Assembly: GCA_038087875.1 (NCBI GenBank)
Contig: CM075988.1
Location: 16,308,001 to 16,372,000 of the forward strand
Length of the DNA: 64,000 bases
Direction of reading: 5' to 3'
Source of the DNA: Malacoraja senta
Taxonomy: Eukaryota
The notes under the pieces: generated by a model
What the model saw: the letters and a program-made list of their open reading frames with translations, nothing else
Databases searched by the model: none
Told to the model about the DNA's origin: nothing
Translations under genes and position numbers: made by a program
Shown here: piece by piece, positions 25,420 to 37,638 of the stretch
How the letters are laid out: each line of letters begins with the position of its first letter
How positions within the stretch are numbered: position 1 is the stretch's first letter

Positions 25420-26600
25420 GCCCGCCCCGGTCCCTCCGTCTCCTACTCTCCTCCCCCCCCCCCCCCACTTTTAAACTACCCTCTCATCCTCCCCCGCTCC
25501 CTCCATCCTTCCCCTTCAACCCAACCCCTCCTCCTCTCTTCTCCTCTCCCCTCCGCCCTGCCTTTGCCCCCGCCCCTGGCTGCGCATTGCCAGCTCCCTG
25601 CCTCTGCCTCCGCCTCCGCTCTGAATGCTGGGGCCACAGAGCGCTATCACTCCGCTCCGGGAGCTGGACCGGGGTGAAGGTGCTGGCGGCTCGTCTACAC
25701 CCTCGCCGGCCCGGCCTTCACAACCGCGGTGCAGGGAGGACGGTCTGCGAAGGGAAATCGATACATTTGCCAGGGAGATACATTTGTAGCGAGTGACTGT
25801 AACCAGTCACAGTGTAACCAGTGTAACCAGCGACTGTAACGACTGACTGTAACTAGTCAATAGCAGAAAATCAACAGACTGACACTCCAGCCCTGCCATC
25901 AATTTGAGCTTTTACACCCCGGCCAGTCCATGGGTCGCCTCACTGTGAGGACGGGAGCAGCAGCCGGCAGCGGGTAGAGTTGAAATTACACCCCAATGCA
26001 ATTTCAGCTGCAGTTTCAATGTTGTCTGATATAATGTAGCGCCGCCGATCCCAGACGGAGCTGGCGAAAGGACGAGGAGGAGGTTTGCCCAATGAGCCGG
26101 AGTTATCTGCAAGTTGGATTTGTTTGCCACATCTCGGGCCGAGGGTGAGCTCAGTCTGTCTCACCCACCATGGCGCTGGCCCTTGGTCTGCTCGCCGGCG
26201 CCGGCGCCGCCTCTCCCCCGTCTGCTCTCCACGACGCCGGCTGGCTGCTCCTGCTGCTCCTGTTTGCGGCCTCCATAGTGACTGTGGTGACTTGGCTGGT
26301 GCAGTACTCGTTCGGGATTCTCCGGCGCTCCGGGACGGCCGCTCTCCAACACCGCCCTCCCGGCGCGCTGGGCTTGTGGACCTCTCTCCTGCAGCTCGGC
26401 TGCTCCCGGGAAGACAGCGCCTCCAGCTCTGGGCTTCGCCATCTGCTCGCCTCCCTCTCCTCCTTCAAGTCCTTCAGAGACAATTGGCAGAATGCGTGGA
26501 TCAAGGCGCTGAACGACCAGGCTTGTCGCATGGGGGTACGTTGTCAGAGTCCATTCACTACAACCTCTCCCCCACGCGTCTCATTGCCTCAATCAGGGGG
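25420..26600 (+). promoter_or_regulatory. CpG island / probable promoter and 5' UTR of C2CD2L
   Basis: Sharp rise in GC and CpG content, GC-box-like CCGCCC/CCTCCGCC runs, CCAAT motifs near 25993 and 26089, strong Kozak context ccaccATGG at 26170. Confidence 0.7.
26170..26535 (+). CDS. C2CD2L: C2CD2L (TMEM24, ER-plasma membrane lipid transfer protein) first coding exon
   Basis: DAGWLLLLLLFAASIVTVVTWLVQY (transmembrane anchor) and LLASLSSFKSFRDNWQNAWIKALNDQACRMG match human C2CD2L ([40 protein letters not shown], recalled). Donor GGG|gtacgt. Linkage to HINFP favours C2CD2L over its paralogue C2CD2. Confidence 0.9.
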
Positions 26601-29600
26601 GGGGGGAGAGAGGCAGGGGCAGGAGAATGGGTTTAAGAGGGAAAGATAGATCAACTATGATGGAATGGCGGAGTAGATGGGCCGAATGGCCTACTCCTGC
26701 CGACCTATTTTTGTATGTTTCTACCAACCATCCCCTCTTCCTTCTCTGCTGGTCTCGGTACTCGGTCAGTCACGGTGGCGCAGCGGTAGAGTTGCTGCCT
26801 TACAGCAAAATGCAGCGCCAGAGATTCGGGTTCGATCCCGACTACGGGTGCTGTCTGTACGGAGTTTGTACGTTCTCCCCAAGAGCTTCGGTTTCCTCCC
26901 ACACTCCAAAGACGTACCGGTTTGTAGGTTAATTGGCTTGATAAAATTGTCCAAGTTGGCGATATGCAGAGTACTGCCCTGCCGACTACAAAGTTGGCAT
27001 TACTGGGCCCCACTATACTGGAGTGGAACATCTCCCCAGTTGCCTTAGTGGTTAATTGATTCTGTTGGGTCTGGTGCATAGATTTATCATGGACCTCTGT
27101 GAAGTGAATGTTTGGCATGCCAATGTCAAATAGAGCATTGGGCATCCCTGAGTGGGGAGGATTGCACAGTTCACTGATGCCAGGCCTGAGAAATGTGTGC
27201 AGCGAATGGATGGTGATCTAATATTTAAAAACAAAAACAAAACTCCAAACAGTCCGGCACGAAAAGCTGGAGTAACTCAGCGGGTCCGGCAGCGTCTCTG
27301 GAGAGAAGGAATAGGTGACGTCACCATTATCTCTACATCCAGTTAAAAAAATATCTAAACATGAGATTTAAATCAACAATAGAAACGAAGCATGGCCTTA
27401 ATAATTAAGAATTTCCCCTCATCCCTATATCAGCTGGTAGAGCTGCTGCCACATCGCGCCAGAGAGCCGGGTTCGATCCTTACCCCAGATACAATCTGTG
27501 TGGAGTTTGCACGTTCTCCCTGTGACAGGGTTGCCCCCGGGTGCTCCAGTTTTCTCCCACGTCCCAAAGACAGGCATGTTTTTAGGCTGATTGTCCTCTG
27601 TAAATCGCCTCTACTGAGCAGGGAGTGGATGAGGAAGTGGGATAACCAGTGGGGTAGATTTAGTGTGACTTGGTCGGCGTGGACTTGGTGGGTCGAGGTG
27701 CCCGTTTCCATGGTGCATCCTTCAACAATCTTTCAAATCATCTTTACCCTCTTCCTAATCTTTCACCGAAGCTGTCGCTCTTTATAAACGTGAACAAATT
27801 CCCTTCCCATACTGAAGGTCATACTTTAGCCAGAGGGTGGTGAATCTGTGGAATTCATTGCCGCAGAAGGCGGTGGAGGCCAAGTCAATGGATATTTTCA
27901 CGGCTGAGATTGCCAGAATCTTCGTTGGAGTGTCAGGAGTTGCGGGGAGAATGGGGTTGAGAGGGAAAGATAGATCAGCCATGAGTGAATAGCAGAGTTG
28001 ACGATGGGCCGAATGGCCTAATTCTGCTCCTTTAACTGATGAAGCCCAGAGGTGTAAGTGGCATATAGCAGCCCAAGACTAAGGTGAGGTTGTGCCTGTT
28101 GCTGGGCATGCGCGGTGTGTGTAGTTGGTGAATTATTGGAGGCCATGGTCATGTTGTGGGACCACGTGTGGTCTACCAGTACATGTTGGTGGAAGTGACA
28201 CAGCTGGCCTATGTTTTCTTCATAGCGTTACTTGGTCTTCCAGTGCCACGGTGTCTGTCTATTCGATCTCTCCCGTCCATGCCACAGAACCACAGGCACT
28301 CGTTGCTGTTTACCAACATAACATAAAAAATGGGAGCAAGAGGAGGCCCTTCAGCCCTTCAAGTCCTGATTTGTCTTGAGCCCCTTGGTGTGAGCAGGTA
28401 GGTTGACCCTGACGCATGACTTGTATGGAAAAGGGCAGTTTTCATGGTTGATGCGCATTCTGTATCCTGTTACGCCCTGGAATTGCTCCACAATGTAATA
28501 TAGAGCTAAGTCTACAGCAACTGTGGCCACAAATTCAGCTGGTTTATAAGCTTGCGTCTCCTGATTTGTACAAGAGCACTGGTTCCTGATACTGAGTTCA
28601 TACAGGGAAGCCAGACCTCCTGTATCTCTGGAGAATCGAGAGGTTTGCCTGCGACATTGGATAGCTGGATGCGTTCAAATGTATCCTGGCCAGTTGACTT
28701 GAATAATATTAAGCTGAATGACTCAGTGGATTGGAATTCCGCTGCTTATCCAAATCCAGACTGATGGAGGCTGAGTTGCTACAGTTGGAAGCCTTTTCCT
28801 AAATGCTGATGAGCAAAATCGCAGAACTGCCCTGAAATGAGCTGGAATGAAAAATCTCCTTTGGATTGGAGCATAAACTTGGCCGTGGAAGAAGGCAGAG
28901 TCTACATTGCTGTTGCATTATCTGCTGAAATTGGGGTTAGAATGAGGTTTGCTGCCCTTGACTGCTTCTTGACCTATGTGTACTCTGCAATGGGCACTTG
29001 TAAAGGAAATGCACACAACTAGCGCTCTATACTTTTGGTACATTTTTATCTAGCGGGGGGATGCTGGTTGTTGGTCCTGAAAAAAAAACACTGTCTTAAG
29101 GGCGGCACAGTGGTGCAGTGGTAGAGTTGCTGCCTTGTAGCGCTAGAGACTCGGGTTCGATTCTGACTACAGGTGCTGTCTGTACGGTGATTGTACGTTC
29201 TCCCTGTGAGCGTGTGGTTTTTTACGATGCCACGTAACAACTACTTAACTGTTTGTCATCTGCCCCGAGTCTGAATAAGGGTCTCGATCTGAAACATCGC
29301 CCATTCCTTCTCTCCAGAGATGCTACCTGACCAGCTGAGTTACTCCAGCATTTTGTGTCTATCTTCTTACATTGTCTTCTGTGGCTTGACATCAGTTTTA
29401 TTGGGACAAGCTTCTCTGAAGTAGCAGGTCAAAGAAGATATACTAATGGAAGTTGTTGTTGGTTAGTGGTGTTGGGCACCAGTGTTGTGGTTATTTCTAA
29501 AGGGATCAACATGCTGATTAACAAAAATAACATTGATTTTAAATGGTTAAAGTATGAGCTAATGCAGCATAACCCTGGCTGGTAATCCCCTTACATTAGA

Positions 29601-31757
29601 AGTTGAGGAATAACTTGATTAGTGTGTCTAAGATGATCAAGTGCTTTGACTGGGTCGCTGCAGAGGAAATCTTTCCTTGAACAGAGCAGAAGCGTAGAAT
29701 GGATCCATGGTGCTTTTATCATGCAAATGCACAGTGAAATTATTTTCTGATATACATTGACTGTATTGCCATACCTAAACACATCCTCGATTAACAAGTG
29801 TACAGGAATAGTCTACTGATTCCACGTGCAAGATCGCCATGTTTTGACAGCATTTTGAAAAGTCCAGTCCACGCTCTCGGTATTATGAGTGGTGCCCGAT
29901 CCAGGCAAGCCCTAGGCTGCTGCAGGCCTCCAGCCATCGCCTTCCTTGGACACGACGTCCCTCTCTTCACCCCTTCACCATTGTGCCCCAGGGGTAATGG
30001 GATTACAGGAGACGTGCGTGGCACGTTTTTTTTATTCAGAGGGTGGTATGTGTTTGGAATGCAGAGGGGTGGTGGAAGCAGATACGATAGTGATGATTTA
30101 AGAAGCCTTCAGATAAGGTCATGGATATGCAGAGAATGGAGGCATAGAGGGCTGAAAGGCCTGTTCCTGGAATATGTTCCATGTGCATATGTGAAATATG
30201 GAAACAAATTCTCACCCAAAGGAGTGCCTGTTTACTGAGGGTCAGTTGAGAGCACATAATATCTGGATAGGTTGGAGTATTATATAGAGCTGGTAAATAG
30301 TCTGAGGTGAGCTCAGATCAAATTGAATAGCAGAACCAGTTTGAGGAACAGAATAGTCTACTGTTCCTATGTTCCAGTATTTGTTTAAATAAGCACAGCC
30401 ACCAGTTGATTAATAATGAAGCTGCTTTAAAGATGCAGTTCTTTTGAGTTTTCTGATCTGGGTTGAGAAGGATGCAGATTCACTTCCGCTGCAACATATA
30501 AAATTAAAATTCTGCTTCAGGTGTTTGATTTTATGCAGCAAAACCCAAGTGAAACATTTATATTTGTGAATATTCATTCAATGATCTAATCGGTGAAGCC
30601 TGCTGTACAAGAGCTCTGTGAGTCACACTGTCAATGTGTGCTGTTTGTCTTCTTTCACTCCCGTGTAGGCGCTGGTCGGGTTTTATGGAAATGAGATTGA
30701 AGTGGTATCAGTAAACACAGGGAGTGCCTGAATACTTTGCCCCAGCCCAGTGGCACTTGGCACTGTGCCAGTGTTGGACCAGGTCAGCATCTGGGGTTGG
30801 GTCGGGCAGTCTGACTCAGTGATAGTGGGTGCTGGAGATGGGACTGCAGATGCTGGAATTTTGAGCACAACACCAAGTGCTGGAGGAACTCAGCGGGTCA
30901 GACAGCATCTCTGGAGAAGATGGATAGGTGGCGTTTCAGGTCGGGACCCTTCAGTTTGTTTATAGGTTGTGTCACCTGATTTATTCTGGAGCTTCTACAT
31001 GACTACACTGGTGTATAGACTGAATGATGGTGTTGTTTGATATCAGATCACTTTCCCAGGTGTTAGCTCCAACTTTGCAGTTTTAGCGACAAAGTACCTT
31101 CGGCCCATCGAGTCCATGCCAATCATAGTTTACCCGTTCACACTAGTTCCATGTTATCCCACTTCCGTATCCTACACATTAGAGGTAATTCACAGAAGCC
31201 AATTAACCTACAAACCTGCACGCCTTTGGAATGTGGGAGGAAAGCAGAGCACCCGGAGAAAACCCATGGAAGCCCAAGTCACAGGGAGAATGTACAAACC
31301 TCCTTACAGACAGCCCCCCCCCCCCCCCCGTAGTCAGGATCGAACCTGGGTCTCAGGTGCTGAGAGGCAGCAGTTCTACCGCTGCGCCACTTGGCCTCAG
31401 TGCCGTGGTCAGCTGAGGAATTTGCCTGGATTACCTGCCCCTCCCCTCGGGTAGCTTGAACACACTCCTGAATGACCATGTCTCCTGCCGCTCGCACACT
31501 CTGGCTTGTAAGATTGTTGCTTTTACTATTTCCAAATAAACTTTATTCAATGAAATAATATACAAGGAAGAAGAGACAGTGCGTGACATCCTTTATATCC
31601 CTCGTGTCTTCCAGTTTATACAGTACATTCAAGGTGCAGTCAGGACTAAGCATTCAGAACGTTGTTAATATATTCTAGTGTAGTCTACTTTATTGTCACC
31701 TGTACCAAGGTGCAGGGAAAAGCTTTTGCTGCATGCTAACCAGTCAGCGGAAATACA

Positions 31758-31836
31758 GTCTGAAGAAGGGTTGCCTATTTCCTTCGCTCCATAGATGCTG
31801 CTGCACCCGCTGAGTTTCTCCAGCATTTTTGTGTAC
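31758..31836 (+). mobile_element. Penelope-derived hammerhead element, internally deleted, inserted in a Rex1/Babar tail
   Basis: 13-bp TSD cagcggaaataca (31745-31757 and 31837-31849); starts gtctgaagaaggg; stem II and GAAA are lost. Confidence 0.8.
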
Positions 31837-32572
31837 CAGCGGAAATACAATACACGATTACACTCGAGTCATCCACAGTCTACAGATACATGATAAAGGG
31901 AATAACGTGTCTAACGTTTAGTGCCCGAAAAAGTCTGATCGAAGATATCCGAGGGTCTCCAATGAGATAGACAGTAGCTAAGGACTGCTCTCTAGTTGTT
32001 TGTAGGATGGTTCAGTTGCCTGATAACAGCAATCTTTTGTACTTATTGTAAATATTCTTTGTACAAAGCACCACTGCCAGTCATGTGGCCACTTTGAACA
32101 ATGCACCCTTTGAGTGGTACTGAGGACCCAGCCCTGCACTATCTATTAGCAGCATGGCATGTTTTTCCTTTGCTGGAAACAAGATCGTGTAGCATTCACC
32201 TCTCGACCCACAGCTTGTGCGCTGGGCCTGTGGATACGGTGCGTGTGTGCGTCTCTCACTGAGTGCTGAGCTGCAGGCAGTTGTACACCCATGCTGTGAG
32301 GCACAGTGAGGAGGAAGAGTGAATAAAGGAAGCAGTTGCTGGCTTTAATGCCCAGGATCTGTGTGTATATAGCATTGGAACTCGACTTTGCGAGCAATTT
32401 CCTCCTTTAGCACCTATTATTATTGGTATATTATTGTCACGTACACCGAGATAGTGGAATGCTTTTGTTTACATGCTGTTCAGTCAGGTCAAATCATATT
32501 ATACATGAGTACAATCAACCAGACGCAACAGGTAGGGCAAAGAGAAAAATACCAGAGTACAGAATGTTACAG

Positions 32573-32863
32573 AGGGCGGCACGGTGGCACAGCAGTACGG
32601 TTCCTGCCTTGCAGTGCCAGAGAACCAGGTTCGATCCTAACTATGGGTGCTGTTTGTACGGAGTTTGTACGTTCTCTTTGTGACTGCGTGGGTTTCTCCC
32701 ACGCTCCAAAGACACACGGGTTTGTAGGTTAATAGACATCCTTAAAGATTGTAAATTGTCCCTGGTTTGTAGGATAGTGTTTGTGTATGGGGATCGCTGG
32801 TCGGTGAAGACTCGGTGGGCTGAAGGGCCTGTTTCTGTGCTGTTTCTCTAAACTAAACTAAAC
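32573..32863 (+). mobile_element. V-SINE; further copies at ~26770-26955(+), 27431-27720(+), 29099-29225(+), 31097-31390(-), 35027-35308(+), 40896-41192(+), 43027-43250(+), 44575-44830(-), 45419-45708(-), 46892-47156(-), 50845-51150(+) and 60952-61210(+)
   Basis: gggcggcacggtggc head, V-domain, (taaac)n tail. Confidence 0.85.
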
Positions 32864-32995
32864 AATGCCATAAAGCTGCATTGCAAATCAGTTGCATCAC
32901 TGTAGAAAGCATCTAATGCTGGAACAGATGGGTCTGAGTTATGAGGAGAAACTGGGACATCTGGGATTGTTTCAGCTGGAGCAAAGGATGCTGAG

Positions 32996-33836
32996 GAGAA
33001 TACGGGACGCATCGCAAGATTACACACTGCAAAGCTGCATCATCTGGTCAAGAAATAAATTCCATGAGTGGGAATTTTATTCCTTATCTCAAATGTTTGA
33101 GTCGTGATTTATGAATTCTGTAAGGGTGAATTTCCATTCTCCAAATAACTGTAAGGCAGGTTCCCTCTGTAGACTGACCATCATAAACAGCCTTACAGAG
33201 GTCTATGAAATCATGAAGGGGTTGGTATAAAGGGAGTGGCCACAGCCGTATTCCCAGGGTAGGGGAGTCTGACACAACGAAAAGGGAATTTGATCCTTGT
33301 AGTGATATGTTTCCATGATATGATCAATGCATGTGTATTACAAAGGCATGATTGTTACACCACAAGCCCTTCCCCAACTTGGACCTTTCACTGAATGCAA
33401 GACAATTCCTTTGAGCTGTGGTCTTCACCCTGACTCGTTGAAAATTTGAGCCCACACCGGTAGATGATCAACATGTCAGTTGATATTCATGGAATCTTGC
33501 AAGATGCTTCTGCAATGGCAAGTCAAGGGGAAAGTCAATGAATGGGTGTTGGAGATAGAATGAAAAATGTGCTTTGAATGGACTCGCGGCTATTTATGAT
33601 GGGCAGGCTACGGAGGCAACCCTGCCTTGCAGTCATTTGGATAATGGAAATTCACCTTTACAGAATTCATAAATCACTACGCAAACATTTGAGATATGAA
33701 ATAGAATTCCCACTCAAGGAATTTATGTGGAAAAATGATAAATAAATCAACACAATTTCTTTCTTATCAATTTGTATTTTGCCACATGATGCCAAAGCAA
33801 GTTTACATCATGCTTTGCGATGCATCCCGTATTCTC
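32996..33836. repeat. Older inverted duplication: 32996-33192 versus 33588-33836
   Basis: Core 33055-33192 aligns to the reverse complement of 33588-33726 with about 16 differences; the outer ends also match. Confidence 0.9.
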
Positions 33837-34142
33837 GGAAAGCAATCCCCTCATAATGCGGAGGTCGGTTATTGTCAGATGTACGTTAGAATAGTGGTGA
33901 TGTTGCTTGCAATGTGGAGACTTGGATCAATAATCCAGAGGGATGAGTTAAAATCCCACCTCAGGTAACTGGAGAAATCAAATTCAGTTAATGGCATGAA
34001 TTTGGAATAAAATATAATCAGTGATGGTCACCAGAAGATTAGGGGATTGATGTAAGGGACACATTTAAATTATCTGTGACATCGGGAAGGAGGTTTGCCT
34101 TCCTTGCCTGATACGGCCTAATCCTGACCCAGAAACTAAGTA

Positions 34143-34336
34143 GACACAAAATGCTGGAGTAACTCAGCGGGTGAAGCAGCATCTCTGGAAAGAAGGAATT
34201 GGCGAGGTTTCAGGTCGAGACCCTTCTTCAGTCGCCCATCCCTTCTCTCCAGAGATGCTGCCTCATCTGCTGAGTTACTCCAGCATTTTGTGTCTACCTT
34301 TGATTTAAACCAGCATCTGCAGTTCTTTCTTACACA
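34143..34336. mobile_element. Palindromic Penelope-derived element
   Basis: Same arms; degenerate 14-bp TSD ccag(a/t)aact(a/c)agta. Confidence 0.75.
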
Positions 34337-35669
34337 CCAGTAACTCAGTAACAATACACTAAGTAACTCTTAACTACTCTTCAAAGAGGCCTTGCAAGCC
34401 AACCGGTTCAGGGCAGTTGAACTGGGCAGTGGATGTTGCAAATGTGACTTTATTCCAAGAACTAATTTTAATTAAATCATTTAAAAAAAAATCAAATTTC
34501 CTATTCTTGCTAATACAATGGCGAGTGTGTTTGACACTGTCAGGGTCAGAGGTTAAACCGCCTGCTACTTGGCAACTAATTGTGCTGTCAGAAAGCATGT
34601 CAATGTGCAGACTGTTGGAAGCTGTTGCTCTTAGAGAAAACAGTCTCAACTTCAGTTGGGGAAAATCAGGGCCAACTCTGGCATGTTATTGCAGCGACGG
34701 AGACGGTTTATGCTTCGGGCGAGGGGGAGAGTGGACGTGTGTGATTGCAATGGTCTTTCTAAGCTGTGCGCCAAATCTAAATGTTGGTGTGATTTTTTAA
34801 AAATCTTTTTATTTATTTTTAATTTTTTTTGTATTTTGTGAAGTTTGCTTTTGTCCGTGTTTACATGGAGCTTTTGGGTTTACCAATGATAAGATCTGAG
34901 GGTTGAGCAGAGCAATTCACAGTGAGAGACAAAGTGAGCAGGTGACGAGGGACAATTTCTTGGGGGGGGGCAGGGAATAACTAGGGCGGTGCAGTGACGG
35001 TTGCTGTGTTGGAAAACAGAGGAACAAGCTGGCAGAGCTGCTGTCTCATGGCACCAGAGACCCAGGTTCAATCCTGACCTCGGGTGCTGTCTGTGTGGAG
35101 TTTGCATGTTCTTCCTGTGACCTCGTGGGTTTTCTCCAAGTGCTCTGGTTTCCTCCCACATTCCAAAAATGGTTAATAGTCCTGTGTAAAATTGCCCCTC
35201 CTGCGTGTATGAGATAGTGGGATAATCTAAAATTAGTGATCAATGGTCAGTGTGGGCTGGTGGGCCTGATTCCGTGCTGTAACAATCAATAAATAAATCA
35301 ATCAATCAAAGCACCAATATCAGAGAAATGGGAAGAGATGTGAGTCAGCAAGTTGATCTGTTTTTTGGGCAGGAATGTTGGTCAGGTCTTGAACCAGTGA
35401 ATGTCAGACACAGTTTAACAAAGCAAACTACAGATGCCAGAAATGTGAAATGGGAACAGAAAATGATGGGAATACTCGCTGTACTGGCAACATCTGGAGC
35501 GAATAGCAAGAAGACAAGCTTCCATCTGAACCTACAACTTGGTCACACACTGCTGCAGTCGCCCTGGTGTTTCCTCTCTCCACGGACGCTGCGTACTTCC
35601 AGCATTTTGTTTTGGTCTTCAGTAGAGGTTTGGTTTTGCAGCTTATCTAAAACGCAATGTGGCCCTTTC

Positions 35670-35983
35670 TCAGCGAGGCCCCCTGTGTCAGCGAGGCCCC
35701 CTGTGTCAGCGAGGCCCCCTGTGTCAGCGAGGCCCCCCTTGGTCAGCGAGGCCCCCCTGTTCAGCGAGGCCCCCTGTGTCAGCGAGGCCCCCTTGGTCAG
35801 CGAGGCCCCCCTTGGTCAGCAAGGCCCCCCTGGTCAGCAAGGCCCCCTGTGTCAGCGAGGCCCCCTTGGTCAGCGAGGCCCCCTGTGTCAGCGAGGCCCC
35901 CTTGGTCAGCGAGGCCCCCTTGGTCAGCGAGGCCCCCCTTGTTAGCGAGGCCCCCCCTGGTCAGCGAGGCCCCTTGGTCAGCG
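35670..35983. repeat. GC-rich minisatellite, ~17 copies of a 17-19 bp unit
   Basis: Unit cagcgaggccccc(c)tgtgt / cagcgaggcccccttggt. Confidence 0.95.
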
Positions 35984-36659
35984 CGGCATTGAAGAGTCTC
36001 ATCACTGAAGGCGCTGAAATCCTATAGCATCTGCAGTCATCGCTGGCTTCCCGCATGATTTCCCACAGACTGAATATTTCATGCGCAGCGGGAATGGAAG
36101 AGTGAAATTCTTACTTCGAGTCATAGAGTGTTACAGCCTGGAAACTTGCTGCAGCTTCACATCGGCAGAGCGAATCCTGTTCAATGTGTTGGAGAGTGAG
36201 AGCAAAGGCATTTTATGGACGAGTTTGGGTTCGCTTTCAGTTTGACAATCTGCTCTTGGACCTTTGAGAGATGCTTCATCAACACTAGCAGTGCAGCGTA
36301 ATTCTGTGAGCAGTGCATTCTGTTGCTTGGCAACTTGCAGCTCCAACTTACACGCAGGTTGAGTCACTAGAGTGGGGGATGGTAAACTGCCCTGCTGTAA
36401 CGTGTAATCTCTAATCATTTTTATATGTGTTAATGACATCCTGCCTTTAAGGGTGGAGTTTCGATACACTGGGTTCCCAGTTACCATTCACACCCTATTT
36501 AAATATTAGATGCCAGAGAACCTGCAAATATATAAAAATCTTTATTAGGTTGAAGGTAGTACAGAGAATATAGAACAGTACAGCAGGGAAACAGGCCCTA
36601 CGGCCCACATTGTTTGTTGTGAACTAGATGACTAGCTGAACATATCTCATCTACAGTAC

Positions 36660-36692
36660 GTCTGAAGAAGGGTTTCGGCCCGAAACGTTACC
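36660..36692 (+). ncRNA. Minimal type I hammerhead ribozyme motif of Penelope pLTR type (predicted)
   Basis: CUGAAGA core, an extra A, stem II GGGU-UUCG-GCCC, GAAA, palindromic ACGU in place of stem III, only a 2-bp stem I. Confidence 0.65.
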
Positions 36693-36755
36693 TATTTCCT
36701 TCGCTCCATAGATGCTGCTGCACCTGCTGAGTTTCTCCAGCATTTTTGTGTACCT
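36660..36755 (+). mobile_element. 96-bp Penelope-derived element with a minimal hammerhead motif, inserted in a CR1 tail
   Basis: Perfect 15-bp TSD tctcatctacagtac (36645-36659 and 36756-36770); begins gtCTGAAGAaGGGTttcgGCCC-GAAACGTT. Confidence 0.85.
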
Positions 36756-37638
36756 TCTCATCTACAGTACCTGCACATGATCCATATCCCTCCATTCCCT
36801 GCACTTCCAAGTGCCTATGGAAATCCTCTTCCATGCCACTATTGTATCTGCCTCAGCCACCACCTCTGGCAGTGCATTCCAGACATTCATCACCCTCTGT
36901 GCAAAAACAAACGTGCCCAACACATCTCCTTTAAAGTCTGCCCCTTCTCACCTTAAAGCTGTGCCCTCTAGTCTTTGATTTTTCCACCATAGGGGTGAAA
37001 AAGTTTCTGTCAACCCTCTCATAATTTTATATACTTCTATCCCTACAACCTCCAGCCTTTCGAAAAAACCATCCAAGTCTGATCAACCTCTGCCTGCAGC
37101 CAATACCCCATAATCCAGGCATCGTTCTGGTAAACCTCCTCCTCTGCACCCCTTCCAAAGTGTCCATGTCCTTCCTTGTAATGGGGCGATCAGAGCTGCG
37201 CGCAATACTCCAAAAGCACCCTAAGTAAAGTCCTCTAGAGCTGCATCATGCTTGTATTTAATGCTGCGGCCAGTGAAGGCGACCATACCATAGTCCCATC
37301 ACTGCTCCCTAGACATAACTTGGGGTGTAACCAGATGCTCGGTGATTACTGCAGGCCCTTGCTGAAGTCTCCAAGAGATGCCTGCTCTTCAGAAATCGGG
37401 GGAGATTGGGGCTGGAGAAGGGATGGATCAGGGGAGTGAACACTTGGTCACGTCATGAAGGTGTTGTTGGAGTTTGTGAGGAAGGAACGCAGGCCCGAGT
37501 GACTTTGAGTGGTGTGAAGCTGCCGATGATGTGGCTGAGCTTCAGACTGGGGCGTGGCAACAGAGTCATCGACAACAAAATACACTCCATCTGCATTGGA
37601 TCCAGCTTGCATTCAAAACCCACGTTCTTTGTGACAGC

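Larger units (their letters stand above)
36565..37245 (-). mobile_element. CR1 LINE fragment
   Basis: Reverse CR1 tail (agaacagtacagc...aacaggccc) and decayed ORF2 end. Confidence 0.7.

Noticed and set aside
26085..26636. Overlapping and antisense ORFs around C2CD2L exon 1
   Set aside because: Expected in GC-rich, stop-poor DNA; only the frame starting at 26170 matches a known protein.
35328..36027. Long ORFs with collagen-like GP repeats (QRGPL, SARPP, SEAP)
   Set aside because: All three frames are open only because of the stop-free minisatellite; no splice signals or true Gly-X-Y periodicity.
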